A stretch of 32,000 bases of DNA from Candidatus Saccharimonadota bacterium (GTDB taxonomy: Bacteria; Patescibacteriota; Microgenomatia; UBA1406; GWC2-37-13): assembly GCA_001790095.1 (NCBI GenBank), contig MGBH01000001.1:780001-812000 (forward strand). Direction: 5' to 3'. The position numbers were made by a program, and so were the translations under genes. The notes under the pieces are model-generated. The model ran no database searches and was not told where the DNA came from. It was given only the letters and a program-made list of their open reading frames with translations. Positions 14,920 through 22,804 of this stretch are shown here, one piece after another; position 1 is the stretch's first letter, and every line of letters begins with the position of its first letter.

Positions 14920-17058
14920 CTATGGAATCTTTCGCAGTATATTCGTTGCGTGGGTCGCAACCCAGTTTATTCCTTTCTCACTAACTCTGCTTGTTGCACC
15001 AAGAGCAGCTGAAGGAACCGCTCCAACATTAGCAAGAGTGTTTATTACCCTTGCCGACTGTGTAGCAAGATTAAATGTTTGACCTGCATTCAAGGCAAAA
15101 CCTCCTCCCAAGGTAAACACTCCTGCTCCAATTCCACCTGCAACAGCCAAGACTTTCATAAGACGCTTTGACCCTTGCGTCCAGTCTTTACCTACGATAG
15201 CTTTTAGTTTTTCAGCTGACAGTGCTCCTCCATCAAGAAGATCATATTCGCCAAGCATCTTCGCGGCTGCTTCAATCTCTTTTTCACGACCTGCTATGGC
15301 TTTATCAAAAAAACCAGAATCTGGACCGTAAGCATGACGCAAAAACTCTGCTTCACCTTTTTTCAGTTTCATGCGGTCAAAATAATACCCTCTTGCCCAT
15401 GCATATCCCAACATATCTGGTACTTTTTCCGCTGCAATACTATCATATAGAGTATCAGGAAGTTGATTCAATACATCACGCAGTGCCAAGGGCGGAGTAC
15501 CCTTACCCAACCCCATATCTTCAAACATTCTCTTTATTTCTTTTCCATACTCTACCGGCATACTATACCTTTCACGATAAATTCGTTCAAGCATGCCTCG
15601 TGCAAGTTTTCTGGGACTCTGTGACAGTAAATCTTTGTGCATAAAATCTTTAATGGCACGATCATCCCAACCAGCTACTTTGCCGTTTTTATACTTGAGG
15701 AATGATATTTTTAGATATTTGTCCAACATCTCTTTCGCCTTATCTTCACGTGCTTTTTTCTCATCTGCTTCTTTTTGTTTTCCCTCTGCCTTCATAGCTT
15801 CATCAGCCTGTACAGCCCGATCTGCTGCAGTTAGTGTGATCTCATTCCAATACCGTTTCATTTCCTCAGATAAAGCTGTATCCATTTTACGTCTATATTT
15901 GTCCGCATATTGACTCCGTTCACCTTCAAGCTGTAACATCTCTCTTTCGGCTTGATTTATGGTCACCAACTCCGCATCCAAACTACCTTTTTTAGTCGTA
16001 GCCTCACTATAATCTTTCATGTCTTGAAAACGTTGCTCAAGACTTGTATCAGTCAATTCCCCATCTAAATAGGTAAGAGGACTTAATGAATTTACTAACG
16101 AATCATACTTTGCTCTTCTGTCTGCATAAACATCTGCGACACCCTTTACTGGGGGCTTATTTATATCCGGATAGCGCGTTTCATAAGCTGTAATGTCTGC
16201 ATTAAGTCTTGTCAAACACCTTTGCACTTCAGTTTGAGTCATTTTAATTGGCCTGTATGTCTCATCTGAGATTTTCGCAACTTGAGCATTTAGTCTGTTA
16301 TACCAATAATTTGCTTTATTTAATTCATCGGTTGATGTGAATTTTCCTTTTACTGTTGTTATTGTTTTATCCGCATCATCTTTTTCTTTTTGTTTTTCAG
16401 CCTTGTTTTTTATTTTTTCACGTCTGTTTTCTATCTCTGATGCTTTTACAGCATCTTCTGCCGGCATTGATAATGCTGACAAATTCTTTGCAATCCGTTT
16501 GCCCAACTTATCACTGCTTAAAAAAGTTGCAACAAGTTCGTTTATAGCTTTCCGTTCATCCGGAGTAACTACTACTCCCCCCTTACCTGAGACAAACTGT
16601 TTCACTTGATCGATCGTCAACCTTCCACCACTCACCAAAGAGATTGATTCACAAAATCCAGGAAGATTTACCATAATATTTACCATTTCTCCTCTTTCCT
16701 CAGGTGTCATGGATAAGAATCCTTCGTTGTTAAGAAGTTTGTCATAGACTCCATATCGTCTCATAAGTCGATCATGTCTTTTTAGCAAATCAGCCTTTTT
16801 CCCAGGATCTGTCTCTGCATCAACGCGTTTTTTTTCATCGTCCAAAACTCGTCGCATCTGATCAAAATTCACCATTGTATCCTCTTCATTCTCAGCTAGT
16901 TCAGCTTCAAACATAGATTTGCCACCCAGCTTTTTTTGGCGTTCTGCTAGTGCTGCTATTTCTTTATTGAGTATAGGAGCTCTTCCTGCCTCAGGAGCAA
17001 GCGCTGCTGCGATATGTTTTATCGCGATTGATTCTTTTGATGTAGTTGTATCTGTCAT
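14920..17058 (-). CDS. Cassette large protein P1: 712-aa charged helical protein with C-terminal Gly/Ala-rich hydrophobic region (unknown family)
   Basis: Long ORF with no signal peptide and an E/K/R/D-rich body. C-terminus LAVAGGIGAGVFTLGGGFALNAG...VGAVPSAALGA. The ATG lies 1 nt after the S1 stop. Confidence 0.7.
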   Translation of the reverse strand: MTDTTTSKESIAIKHIAAALAPEAGRAPILNKEIAALAERQKKLGGKSMFEAELAENEEDTMVNFDQMRRVLDDEKKRVDAETDPGKKADLLKRHDRLMRRYGVYDKLLNNEGFLSMTPEERGEMVNIMVNLPGFCESISLVSGGRLTIDQVKQFVSGKGGVVVTPDERKAINELVATFLSSDKLGKRIAKNLSALSMPAEDAVKASEIENRREKIKNKAEKQKEKDDADKTITTVKGKFTSTDELNKANYWYNRLNAQVAKISDETYRPIKMTQTEVQRCLTRLNADITAYETRYPDINKPPVKGVADVYADRRAKYDSLVNSLSPLTYLDGELTDTSLEQRFQDMKDYSEATTKKGSLDAELVTINQAEREMLQLEGERSQYADKYRRKMDTALSEEMKRYWNEITLTAADRAVQADEAMKAEGKQKEADEKKAREDKAKEMLDKYLKISFLKYKNGKVAGWDDRAIKDFMHKDLLSQSPRKLARGMLERIYRERYSMPVEYGKEIKRMFEDMGLGKGTPPLALRDVLNQLPDTLYDSIAAEKVPDMLGYAWARGYYFDRMKLKKGEAEFLRHAYGPDSGFFDKAIAGREKEIEAAAKMLGEYDLLDGGALSAEKLKAIVGKDWTQGSKRLMKVLAVAGGIGAGVFTLGGGFALNAGQTFNLATQSARVINTLANVGAVPSAALGATSRVSEKGINWVATHATNILRKIP

Positions 17059-17059
17059 A

Positions 17060-17356
17060 TTATTTGGTGTGTAAAAATTGTTGTAGATGCTCTATCACCT
17101 TTTCTTCATGGTACTCGTTGATCTGCCCCTTTACCCGAACGAGTGCATTGGTAAATGCAGGATAGACCTTTACCAAACCGTCTATAAATGTTATCACTTC
17201 TTCAAATGTCTGAGCAGGATCCATATTATTTAAGATTTTACGCGACAAAAGCCTTCGTTCATAGGTACCAATCATCCCTTGACGCAACAAGTCAAGATAC
17301 CCTTCAGCTAAGATGTCATAGATCCGCTTTTTTTCATCTGGTGATAAAATCCGCAT
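17060..17356 (-). CDS. Cassette small protein S1 (98 aa, helical, unknown family)
   Basis: Paralogue of S2 and S3, sharing the blocks IYDxLA, EE(L/V)(I/L)xF(I/L)xxL, YPA(F/Y) and LxxFL. Confidence 0.65.
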   Translation of the reverse strand: MRILSPDEKKRIYDILAEGYLDLLRQGMIGTYERRLLSRKILNNMDPAQTFEEVITFIDGLVKVYPAFTNALVRVKGQINEYHEEKVIEHLQQFLHTK

Positions 17357-17361
17357 AAATA

Positions 17362-19560
17362 TTAGTTTTCACTAAATGCATCCATTGTTTTTTTAGCAGC
17401 AACTCCTGTCAAAGCGGCACCTGCTACTTCACCTGCGATCCTTGATGTACCATGACCGATAAACGCTGCGCCCGCTCCTTTCAATGCATTTATTGCAGGA
17501 AGACCTGCTGCTCCACCCAATGCCCCTCCCCCTACACCTAATAACACCGCCAATACATACCAAAGCCATTTCATATTATGATCTATCTTTACACCCTGTG
17601 CTTCCAAACTTCTCATAGCAGCAGCAGCTTCTGTATTTTCTTCAAGACCCTTTGTGATCTCAGGCTCATACAGTTTGAGCATCTGCTGCCATTCGCCCCG
17701 TTTGAATCCGAGCTTACCACTTACTGCCTCCATCCCAAACCCAAAGTTCCAAGAACGATCACCTATGGTACGTGCGGCCAGTAGATCAGCAAATAATTTG
17801 TCACGATACTCCTGACCTGTAAGTTCAAAGACTTTGTTAAGTTGAGTAAGATCTTCTGCTGTAAGTAATTGAGCTCCTGTTTCATCAGTCCCATCAATGA
17901 CATTGAGTTTATCAAAATGTGTCAGGCTGATAGTATATGCTCCTCCTCCAGGCATAGTTCTTTGTTTTCCATGAAACAGATCTCTTGCAATAAGTTGTTT
18001 CAAAGCCATATCTTTATCGTAGGTAAATCCAAGATGAGTTACATCTTTTTTTATCTGATCTTTATTAACAGTCTTCTTATGGGTTGTAGCGTCAAAGCCA
18101 ATCCAGTTACTATTCATTTTCTTCTTTAATTCAAGAACCAGTTTTTGTATATCTTGTTCTGCCTTTTTCTGATCTTCGGTACTAAGTCTCCCATTACGTT
18201 CTTGCATAACATCATATCGCTCTTCAAGTACATCAGCGATAGATTGACCAAGGATACCATCCATCAAGCCACAAAGATCTTCCTCTTCCACTATACGAAT
18301 AACCTGTGATTTGCGCATGTCTTCAGTAGTCTTCGGCAATACTTTAATTTGAAGATCAAGATCAGCTGCTTTTAACTCCGCCTGTTTTGCTTCCATCGTA
18401 AGTGTTGAAAAGGCAGAATTTCGATAGAGAGGTAAAATGCGTGTTTTAAACAACGTCAAGTCTGGGTTTACTGCTGGATAGGCTGTATTTAATCTTCCCA
18501 TTTCTGATACTGTTCTCTTATAATCAATTACTTCTTGAAGAGATGCGTTCCTTGGATCTGTTAACCAAGCAGTAGTTGGTGGATTTGTCGCACCCTTTGC
18601 AACAAGCTGTGCAACCAAATCAATACGCTGTTTTGGCAATTCTAGGACCAATTGTTTTAAATCAACAAGAATCGTATGACCTTTACCGAGTGCGCTTTCC
18701 GCAATAGTATCTGCTGCTGTCTCGGCAGTCAGACTGCCCTTGATAAGAGTGTTTATCTCCACTTGGGTATAAGCTGCTATCGTTACAGGATTAACAATTC
18801 CTTGTCCATCAAGAAGAGCCTTTAGACTTTTTGATTTTTGTTCCAATCTCTCCTCTTCGACTTGCTTTTGTTGCTCCATTTCAATTCTTTTTTCGTCTGT
18901 TGCAATAGGAGTAAGTTCAAGTGCACTTTTATATGCCTCTTGCATACGAGTACCAAGACGGCTTGCCAATCGACCATCCTCAGCCGGCATAAGTGTTTTT
19001 TCTATAAAATCTCTTCTCTGTGGATCTGTTAAAGGTGGAACATGAGCGCTTATTTCGGGAAACATCGCAATAAATGAAGAGTCCCTTGCGATTGAGTCAA
19101 GTACTGTGTCTCTTAATGCAGTAAAGGCTGTACCTGATCTTTCTCCAATTGCAGAACATATGTCTTTATCTTTTAGTAGTGCGGTTTGTTCTGTTGCAGA
19201 TAACATTCGCAGTTCAAGAAATAAGGCAATCTTTGCATCTTTATGCAAAACTTCCTGTGCTTTTTTATATGATGCCTTCTCCGATGAGCTCATTTTAGTA
19301 ACATCTTCTTTGCCGCCTCCAAATCTTTTCAAAAAATCAGCGGTTGAACGCACATTATATCTTGTCTCGCCATCCTTTAAAGCAAGCGCTGCACGCATTG
19401 TTTCTTTTCCACCTGCCGGTCGTACTGTACGGAGTCTATCAGCTCTCTGTACTGATTGTTCACCTCGTTGTCCAGCGGTCCAAACAACTCCATGTTCTCC
19501 TCCTGCGGCTAATACTCCTAATCTATCCAACACCGGTTGTTCTGTGGCTGTTGCGGTCAT
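17362..19560 (-). CDS. Cassette large protein P2: 732-aa charged helical protein with C-terminal Gly/Ala-zipper region (unknown family)
   Basis: Long ORF with no signal peptide. C-terminus WLWYVLAVLLGVGGGALGGAAGLPAINALKGAGAAFIG. The ATG lies 3 nt after the S2 stop (TAAcatATG). Confidence 0.7.
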   Translation of the reverse strand: MTATATEQPVLDRLGVLAAGGEHGVVWTAGQRGEQSVQRADRLRTVRPAGGKETMRAALALKDGETRYNVRSTADFLKRFGGGKEDVTKMSSSEKASYKKAQEVLHKDAKIALFLELRMLSATEQTALLKDKDICSAIGERSGTAFTALRDTVLDSIARDSSFIAMFPEISAHVPPLTDPQRRDFIEKTLMPAEDGRLASRLGTRMQEAYKSALELTPIATDEKRIEMEQQKQVEEERLEQKSKSLKALLDGQGIVNPVTIAAYTQVEINTLIKGSLTAETAADTIAESALGKGHTILVDLKQLVLELPKQRIDLVAQLVAKGATNPPTTAWLTDPRNASLQEVIDYKRTVSEMGRLNTAYPAVNPDLTLFKTRILPLYRNSAFSTLTMEAKQAELKAADLDLQIKVLPKTTEDMRKSQVIRIVEEEDLCGLMDGILGQSIADVLEERYDVMQERNGRLSTEDQKKAEQDIQKLVLELKKKMNSNWIGFDATTHKKTVNKDQIKKDVTHLGFTYDKDMALKQLIARDLFHGKQRTMPGGGAYTISLTHFDKLNVIDGTDETGAQLLTAEDLTQLNKVFELTGQEYRDKLFADLLAARTIGDRSWNFGFGMEAVSGKLGFKRGEWQQMLKLYEPEITKGLEENTEAAAAMRSLEAQGVKIDHNMKWLWYVLAVLLGVGGGALGGAAGLPAINALKGAGAAFIGHGTSRIAGEVAGAALTGVAAKKTMDAFSEN

Positions 19561-19563
19561 ATG

Positions 19564-19872
19564 TTATGCATGCAAAAAATTTGCTAATTTGCTTTGAATT
19601 TCCTGTATCTTTGCCTGATCCTGCACTTCTTTTTTTTGCCCTTCATAACGGACTAGCTCTATTGCATAGGTCTTCCATTTTTCTCCCAGTGTCCGCAAAA
19701 ACTCAAGAAGTTCTTCCTCTGTTTTTATGGTATCCAAGGTTTCCAAGATATATGTACATGATTGTTTCATCTCTTTAAAAGGTAGATCATCGCGCTCGAC
19801 TGCATCGATCATCAGATCTGCCAGATCGTCGTAAATTTTTGTTCGTTCGGCCTCTGTTATAGTTTGCCCCAT
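19564..19872 (-). CDS. Cassette small protein S2 (102 aa, helical, unknown family)
   Basis: Paralogue of S1 and S3. It is preceded by its own promoter-like element in the 51-nt gap after P3. Confidence 0.65.
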   Translation of the reverse strand: MGQTITEAERTKIYDDLADLMIDAVERDDLPFKEMKQSCTYILETLDTIKTEEELLEFLRTLGEKWKTYAIELVRYEGQKKEVQDQAKIQEIQSKLANFLHA

Positions 19873-19878
19873 ATTATA

Positions 19879-19907
19879 AATATGTACTATCGTGCACTAA
19901 TTTGCAA
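19879..19907 (-). promoter_or_regulatory. Internal promoter-like element before S2
   Basis: On the minus strand: TTGCAA (19907-19902), N17, CATATT (19884-19879), N6, ATG at 19872. Confidence 0.35.
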
Positions 19908-19923
19908 GAGAATATTTGTTGCC

Positions 19924-22065
19924 TTAAATGGCATTATCCTCTTTCTTTTTAAAACCACTTACTCCACCTAAAAGTAATAAAAGCAAAAACCAAAAGGAAC
20001 CGCCTCTTTTTGTATCAATACCTTTTTCATTTAGAATGTCAGCTAGTGTCCTTCCCGAATCTCTTGATTCCTGATACGCTGCTTTCACCATATCAGCTCC
20101 CAAATATGCTGCAAGATCAGCAGATTGACCATGACTAAGTTTTAAGTCATCTCGTGAACCCAACACCTCCATCTGTCCTCTCTGCCCCAATATCCCTCTG
20201 AATGGGGGTTTCAGTGCAATAAAATAGTCAGACATGATTTCCTGGGTGAGTCGAGCACCTTGTCCTGCGTGTATTTGGTCAAGTAGTTTACGATCTTCTA
20301 CCGACAACTGTTCATATCTAACTGTCTCCCAAGTAGCCGGTATCTTTTTTTGCGATACTCCTTCTCTATAAGGAAGACCCTTTTCGTCAACAAAATACCT
20401 CGGTATTGGTTGTGGAGGATTACCACCATCCATCTTTATGATACCTCTTTCATCAGTCTCATATAAAGCAACTACGGGATGTTCTCCTTCTGATAGATCG
20501 CGTAGTTCGATTCTCCTGACTCCTTCTTCTTTATCTTGAGCTATACGTCTTACGTCTTCACCGATTCCTTTTCTGTGTATTATTGTTTTTCCTGTTGTTG
20601 CATCAGTCTCAACCCCATGATGTCCTTGGTTACGTTGCAACGCAAGTATTCCATCACTCAAACGAACATCTCCTTGTTCAGCAGCATCAAGCGCATCTGC
20701 CTGTGCCTTACGATCATTTATCTCCCTTAGATCTCGATAATCATTCCAGAGTACTTCCTGAACACTATCCTCTAATGCCTCTGCCATCTGTTGTCTTAAC
20801 TCTTCTTGTTTTAATACTCGCTCTGACGCCTTTTGTTGGTCACCGCTTGCAGGAGTTTTTGCTGCCCTTTCTACTCTCTCACTTGCTGTCAAATTATCCT
20901 GTATCTGTCTGATTTCATCACGCACGCCTCCTGCACTTACCAAAGCACCTCTAATATAGGTTTGTTTCCCGAAGACTGCATCTTCAATATCTCTTATGGT
21001 TTGTTCTTGAGCCTCAGAAATACTTGGTTGAGGAAGACCTTCATTTCGAGTTCTCAACGCTACATACTCTTTTACTCTTGGATCAGATTCATTCCCCCGT
21101 AAATAATCATCCAAATTGAGTGGACCCTCCTTATGAGGTCCTTTTTCGTGAGCTTCTTGAAACTCTTTTTCCAATGCCTTCATACGACGTTGCTCTTCTC
21201 GTGCATGATAGTCGGCTGGTTTTATACCGTTTTGTTCAAGAGTAAGATCAAACAAACGTATCTCTATTTCTTCGATAGATTGGCCACTCGCAATCATTCT
21301 TTCTATATCTGCATCATTTATTTTTTCTCCTACTTTCCCTAGTCTTGCTTTCAACCTATCTATGGTCACTTTTCTATCAGCAGCAAGTTCTGTCTTTTTT
21401 TCTTGAGCCGTTTGTTTTGCAACTTCTGCTGGATCTTCAGGAAGTTGTATAGCTTCATGTGATATTCTATGCATGCGATCCATGTACTCCCTCCTCACTC
21501 CTTCGTGGCTTGCTGCGTAAGCTTCAACTGCGATCAATTGATCTTTAGGCGTCATCTGATCAAAACCAGGAATAGCTTCTCTAACATACTCCATCTTTGA
21601 CATTCGTTCAAGTACTGCTGTTCGTGTGTTATCAAATTCTGAAGGGGTGAGTTTGCGCGATTTACAAATATCAGCTATGGGTTTACCGGTCCTTCTTGAC
21701 TCATCCACGACTGACGAATATGTATCAAACTGTCTCGCTTCCAATGCTAGCTGAGGATCAACCCGATCAAGCTGGCTTAATTCAGTAGGAGATAAAGACG
21801 TAGTAGTTCCACGACCTTCACGCATTGCCAGACCAGGATCTTCATGTGCTCTGTCATAATCAACAAGTTCCTTTCCTCTTCTTTGTGCATCTTCCAACTG
21901 CTTTCCTCTTTGATCATCTGGTCTAAACGGTGACTCAAGTTTTCTCGGTCCATTTTGTTCTGCAGCGGGTCTATGATCTCGCATTGCAGCTTCCCTTTGT
22001 AAAGGGGGTGGCGGACGTGGAGCTCTTTCGGCTACTGAGACTGGTACTGATCTAGAAATTGCCAT
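19924..22065 (-). CDS. Cassette large protein P3: 713-aa charged protein with R/P-rich N-terminus and C-terminal tail anchor (unknown family)
   Basis: Long ORF. N-terminus VAERAPRPPPPLQREAAMRDHRPAAEQ. C-terminus GGSFWFLLLLLLGGVSGFKKKEDNAI. The ATG lies 3 nt after the S3 stop (TAAcatATG). Confidence 0.7.
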   Translation of the reverse strand: MAISRSVPVSVAERAPRPPPPLQREAAMRDHRPAAEQNGPRKLESPFRPDDQRGKQLEDAQRRGKELVDYDRAHEDPGLAMREGRGTTTSLSPTELSQLDRVDPQLALEARQFDTYSSVVDESRRTGKPIADICKSRKLTPSEFDNTRTAVLERMSKMEYVREAIPGFDQMTPKDQLIAVEAYAASHEGVRREYMDRMHRISHEAIQLPEDPAEVAKQTAQEKKTELAADRKVTIDRLKARLGKVGEKINDADIERMIASGQSIEEIEIRLFDLTLEQNGIKPADYHAREEQRRMKALEKEFQEAHEKGPHKEGPLNLDDYLRGNESDPRVKEYVALRTRNEGLPQPSISEAQEQTIRDIEDAVFGKQTYIRGALVSAGGVRDEIRQIQDNLTASERVERAAKTPASGDQQKASERVLKQEELRQQMAEALEDSVQEVLWNDYRDLREINDRKAQADALDAAEQGDVRLSDGILALQRNQGHHGVETDATTGKTIIHRKGIGEDVRRIAQDKEEGVRRIELRDLSEGEHPVVALYETDERGIIKMDGGNPPQPIPRYFVDEKGLPYREGVSQKKIPATWETVRYEQLSVEDRKLLDQIHAGQGARLTQEIMSDYFIALKPPFRGILGQRGQMEVLGSRDDLKLSHGQSADLAAYLGADMVKAAYQESRDSGRTLADILNEKGIDTKRGGSFWFLLLLLLGGVSGFKKKEDNAI

Positions 22066-22068
22066 ATG

Positions 22069-22374
22069 TTATATTGATGCAAACTGTCTTAACCTTGCCT
22101 GTAATGCTTCCATTTTCTTTTTATCTTTTTGCGCTGCTTCTTCTTGTTTAAAAGATACGTATACGCCTTTATATGCTGGATATGTATTGGCTAATGATTG
22201 AAGAAATAAAAGAAGTTCTGTATAACTTTCAATTCCATCAAGATTCCTCACTATCTTCCGTGAAGACACCTCCGAATCATCCACCGTCATCTCCCCTTTT
22301 TTAAGGGCTGAGGTCATCGCCTCTAGTAGCAATTGATAAGCCTTTTTTTGTAGATCTTTAAGTATTACGTCCAT
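22069..22374 (-). CDS. Cassette small protein S3 (101 aa, helical, unknown family)
   Basis: Paralogue of S1 and S2. The track's TTG start at 22413 is a TTGATA -35 box, and the ATG at 22374 (MDVILKDL) fits the -35/N17/-10/N10/ATG geometry. Confidence 0.6.
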   Translation of the reverse strand: MDVILKDLQKKAYQLLLEAMTSALKKGEMTVDDSEVSSRKIVRNLDGIESYTELLLFLQSLANTYPAYKGVYVSFKQEEAAQKDKKKMEALQARLRQFASI

Positions 22375-22384
22375 GTAATATTTT

Positions 22385-22413
22385 ATGCTACAGAAAATTG
22401 AACCACATATCAA
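22385..22413 (-). promoter_or_regulatory. Promoter-like element for the cassette operon (S3)
   Basis: On the minus strand: TTGATA (22413-22408), N17, TAGCAT (22390-22385), N10, ATG at 22374. Confidence 0.4.
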
Positions 22414-22449
22414 GAGGTAATATATATAAACAGTTAAGGTCCTATAATA

Positions 22450-22478
22450 TTGTAATATTCACCATCGTATGATATAAT
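22450..22478 (+). promoter_or_regulatory. Promoter-like element for the 75-aa peptide gene
   Basis: TTGTAA (22450-22455), N17, TATAAT (22473-22478), N10, ATG at 22489. Confidence 0.45.
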
Positions 22479-22488
22479 GATGTATCAT

Positions 22489-22716
22489 ATGGAAGCAAAT
22501 AAAGTTGTACGCGTTGTTACAGAAACCGTAAGAAATGGTGCACTTTTCGCTGCAGCTGGAGCAGGAATCGCCTGGGGACTAGCCTTCCTAAAAGCAGCTA
22601 TCCCAGCCGCTGTACTTGGTGTTATGATACCTGGCGCTCAAATAGGTTTGATAGCAGCTGGAGTACTTGGAGCAATCAACATGGTCGGTGCTCTCGCCTC
22701 TAGTGCAACTGCATAA
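22489..22716 (+). CDS. 75-aa Gly/Ala-rich double-helix membrane peptide (hypothetical)
   Basis: GALFAAAGAGIAWGLAFLKAAIPAAVLGVMIPGAQIGLIAAGVLGAINMVGALASS. TATAAT at 22473-22478 overlaps the track's first ATG, so the ATG at 22489 is preferred. Confidence 0.5.
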   Translation: MEANKVVRVVTETVRNGALFAAAGAGIAWGLAFLKAAIPAAVLGVMIPGAQIGLIAAGVLGAINMVGALASSATA

Positions 22717-22804
22717 TATACTTTTATATTCTCCCCTTGATCTTTCCTCTAAATCCTTTATACTAACACTAATTATTGGATTGATTTTAACTGATTTAAC
22801 CTCT

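Noticed and set aside
15222-21342. Numerous plus-strand track ORFs inside P1, P2 and P3 (for example 15222-15644, 19106-19597, 19344-19778, 20583-20912)
   Set aside because: They are antisense to long uninterrupted ORFs and their products are low-complexity, rich in S, L, F and C.
14920-22413. Reading the S-P pairs as phage tail-assembly-chaperone plus tape-measure genes, or as a prophage
   Set aside because: Tape-measure proteins are also long and helical, have Gly-rich hydrophobic segments and follow small chaperones. Here, however, the pair is triplicated in tandem. No capsid, portal, terminase, tail, lysis or integrase genes are seen within the window. This is kept only as an alternative to exclude by profile search.
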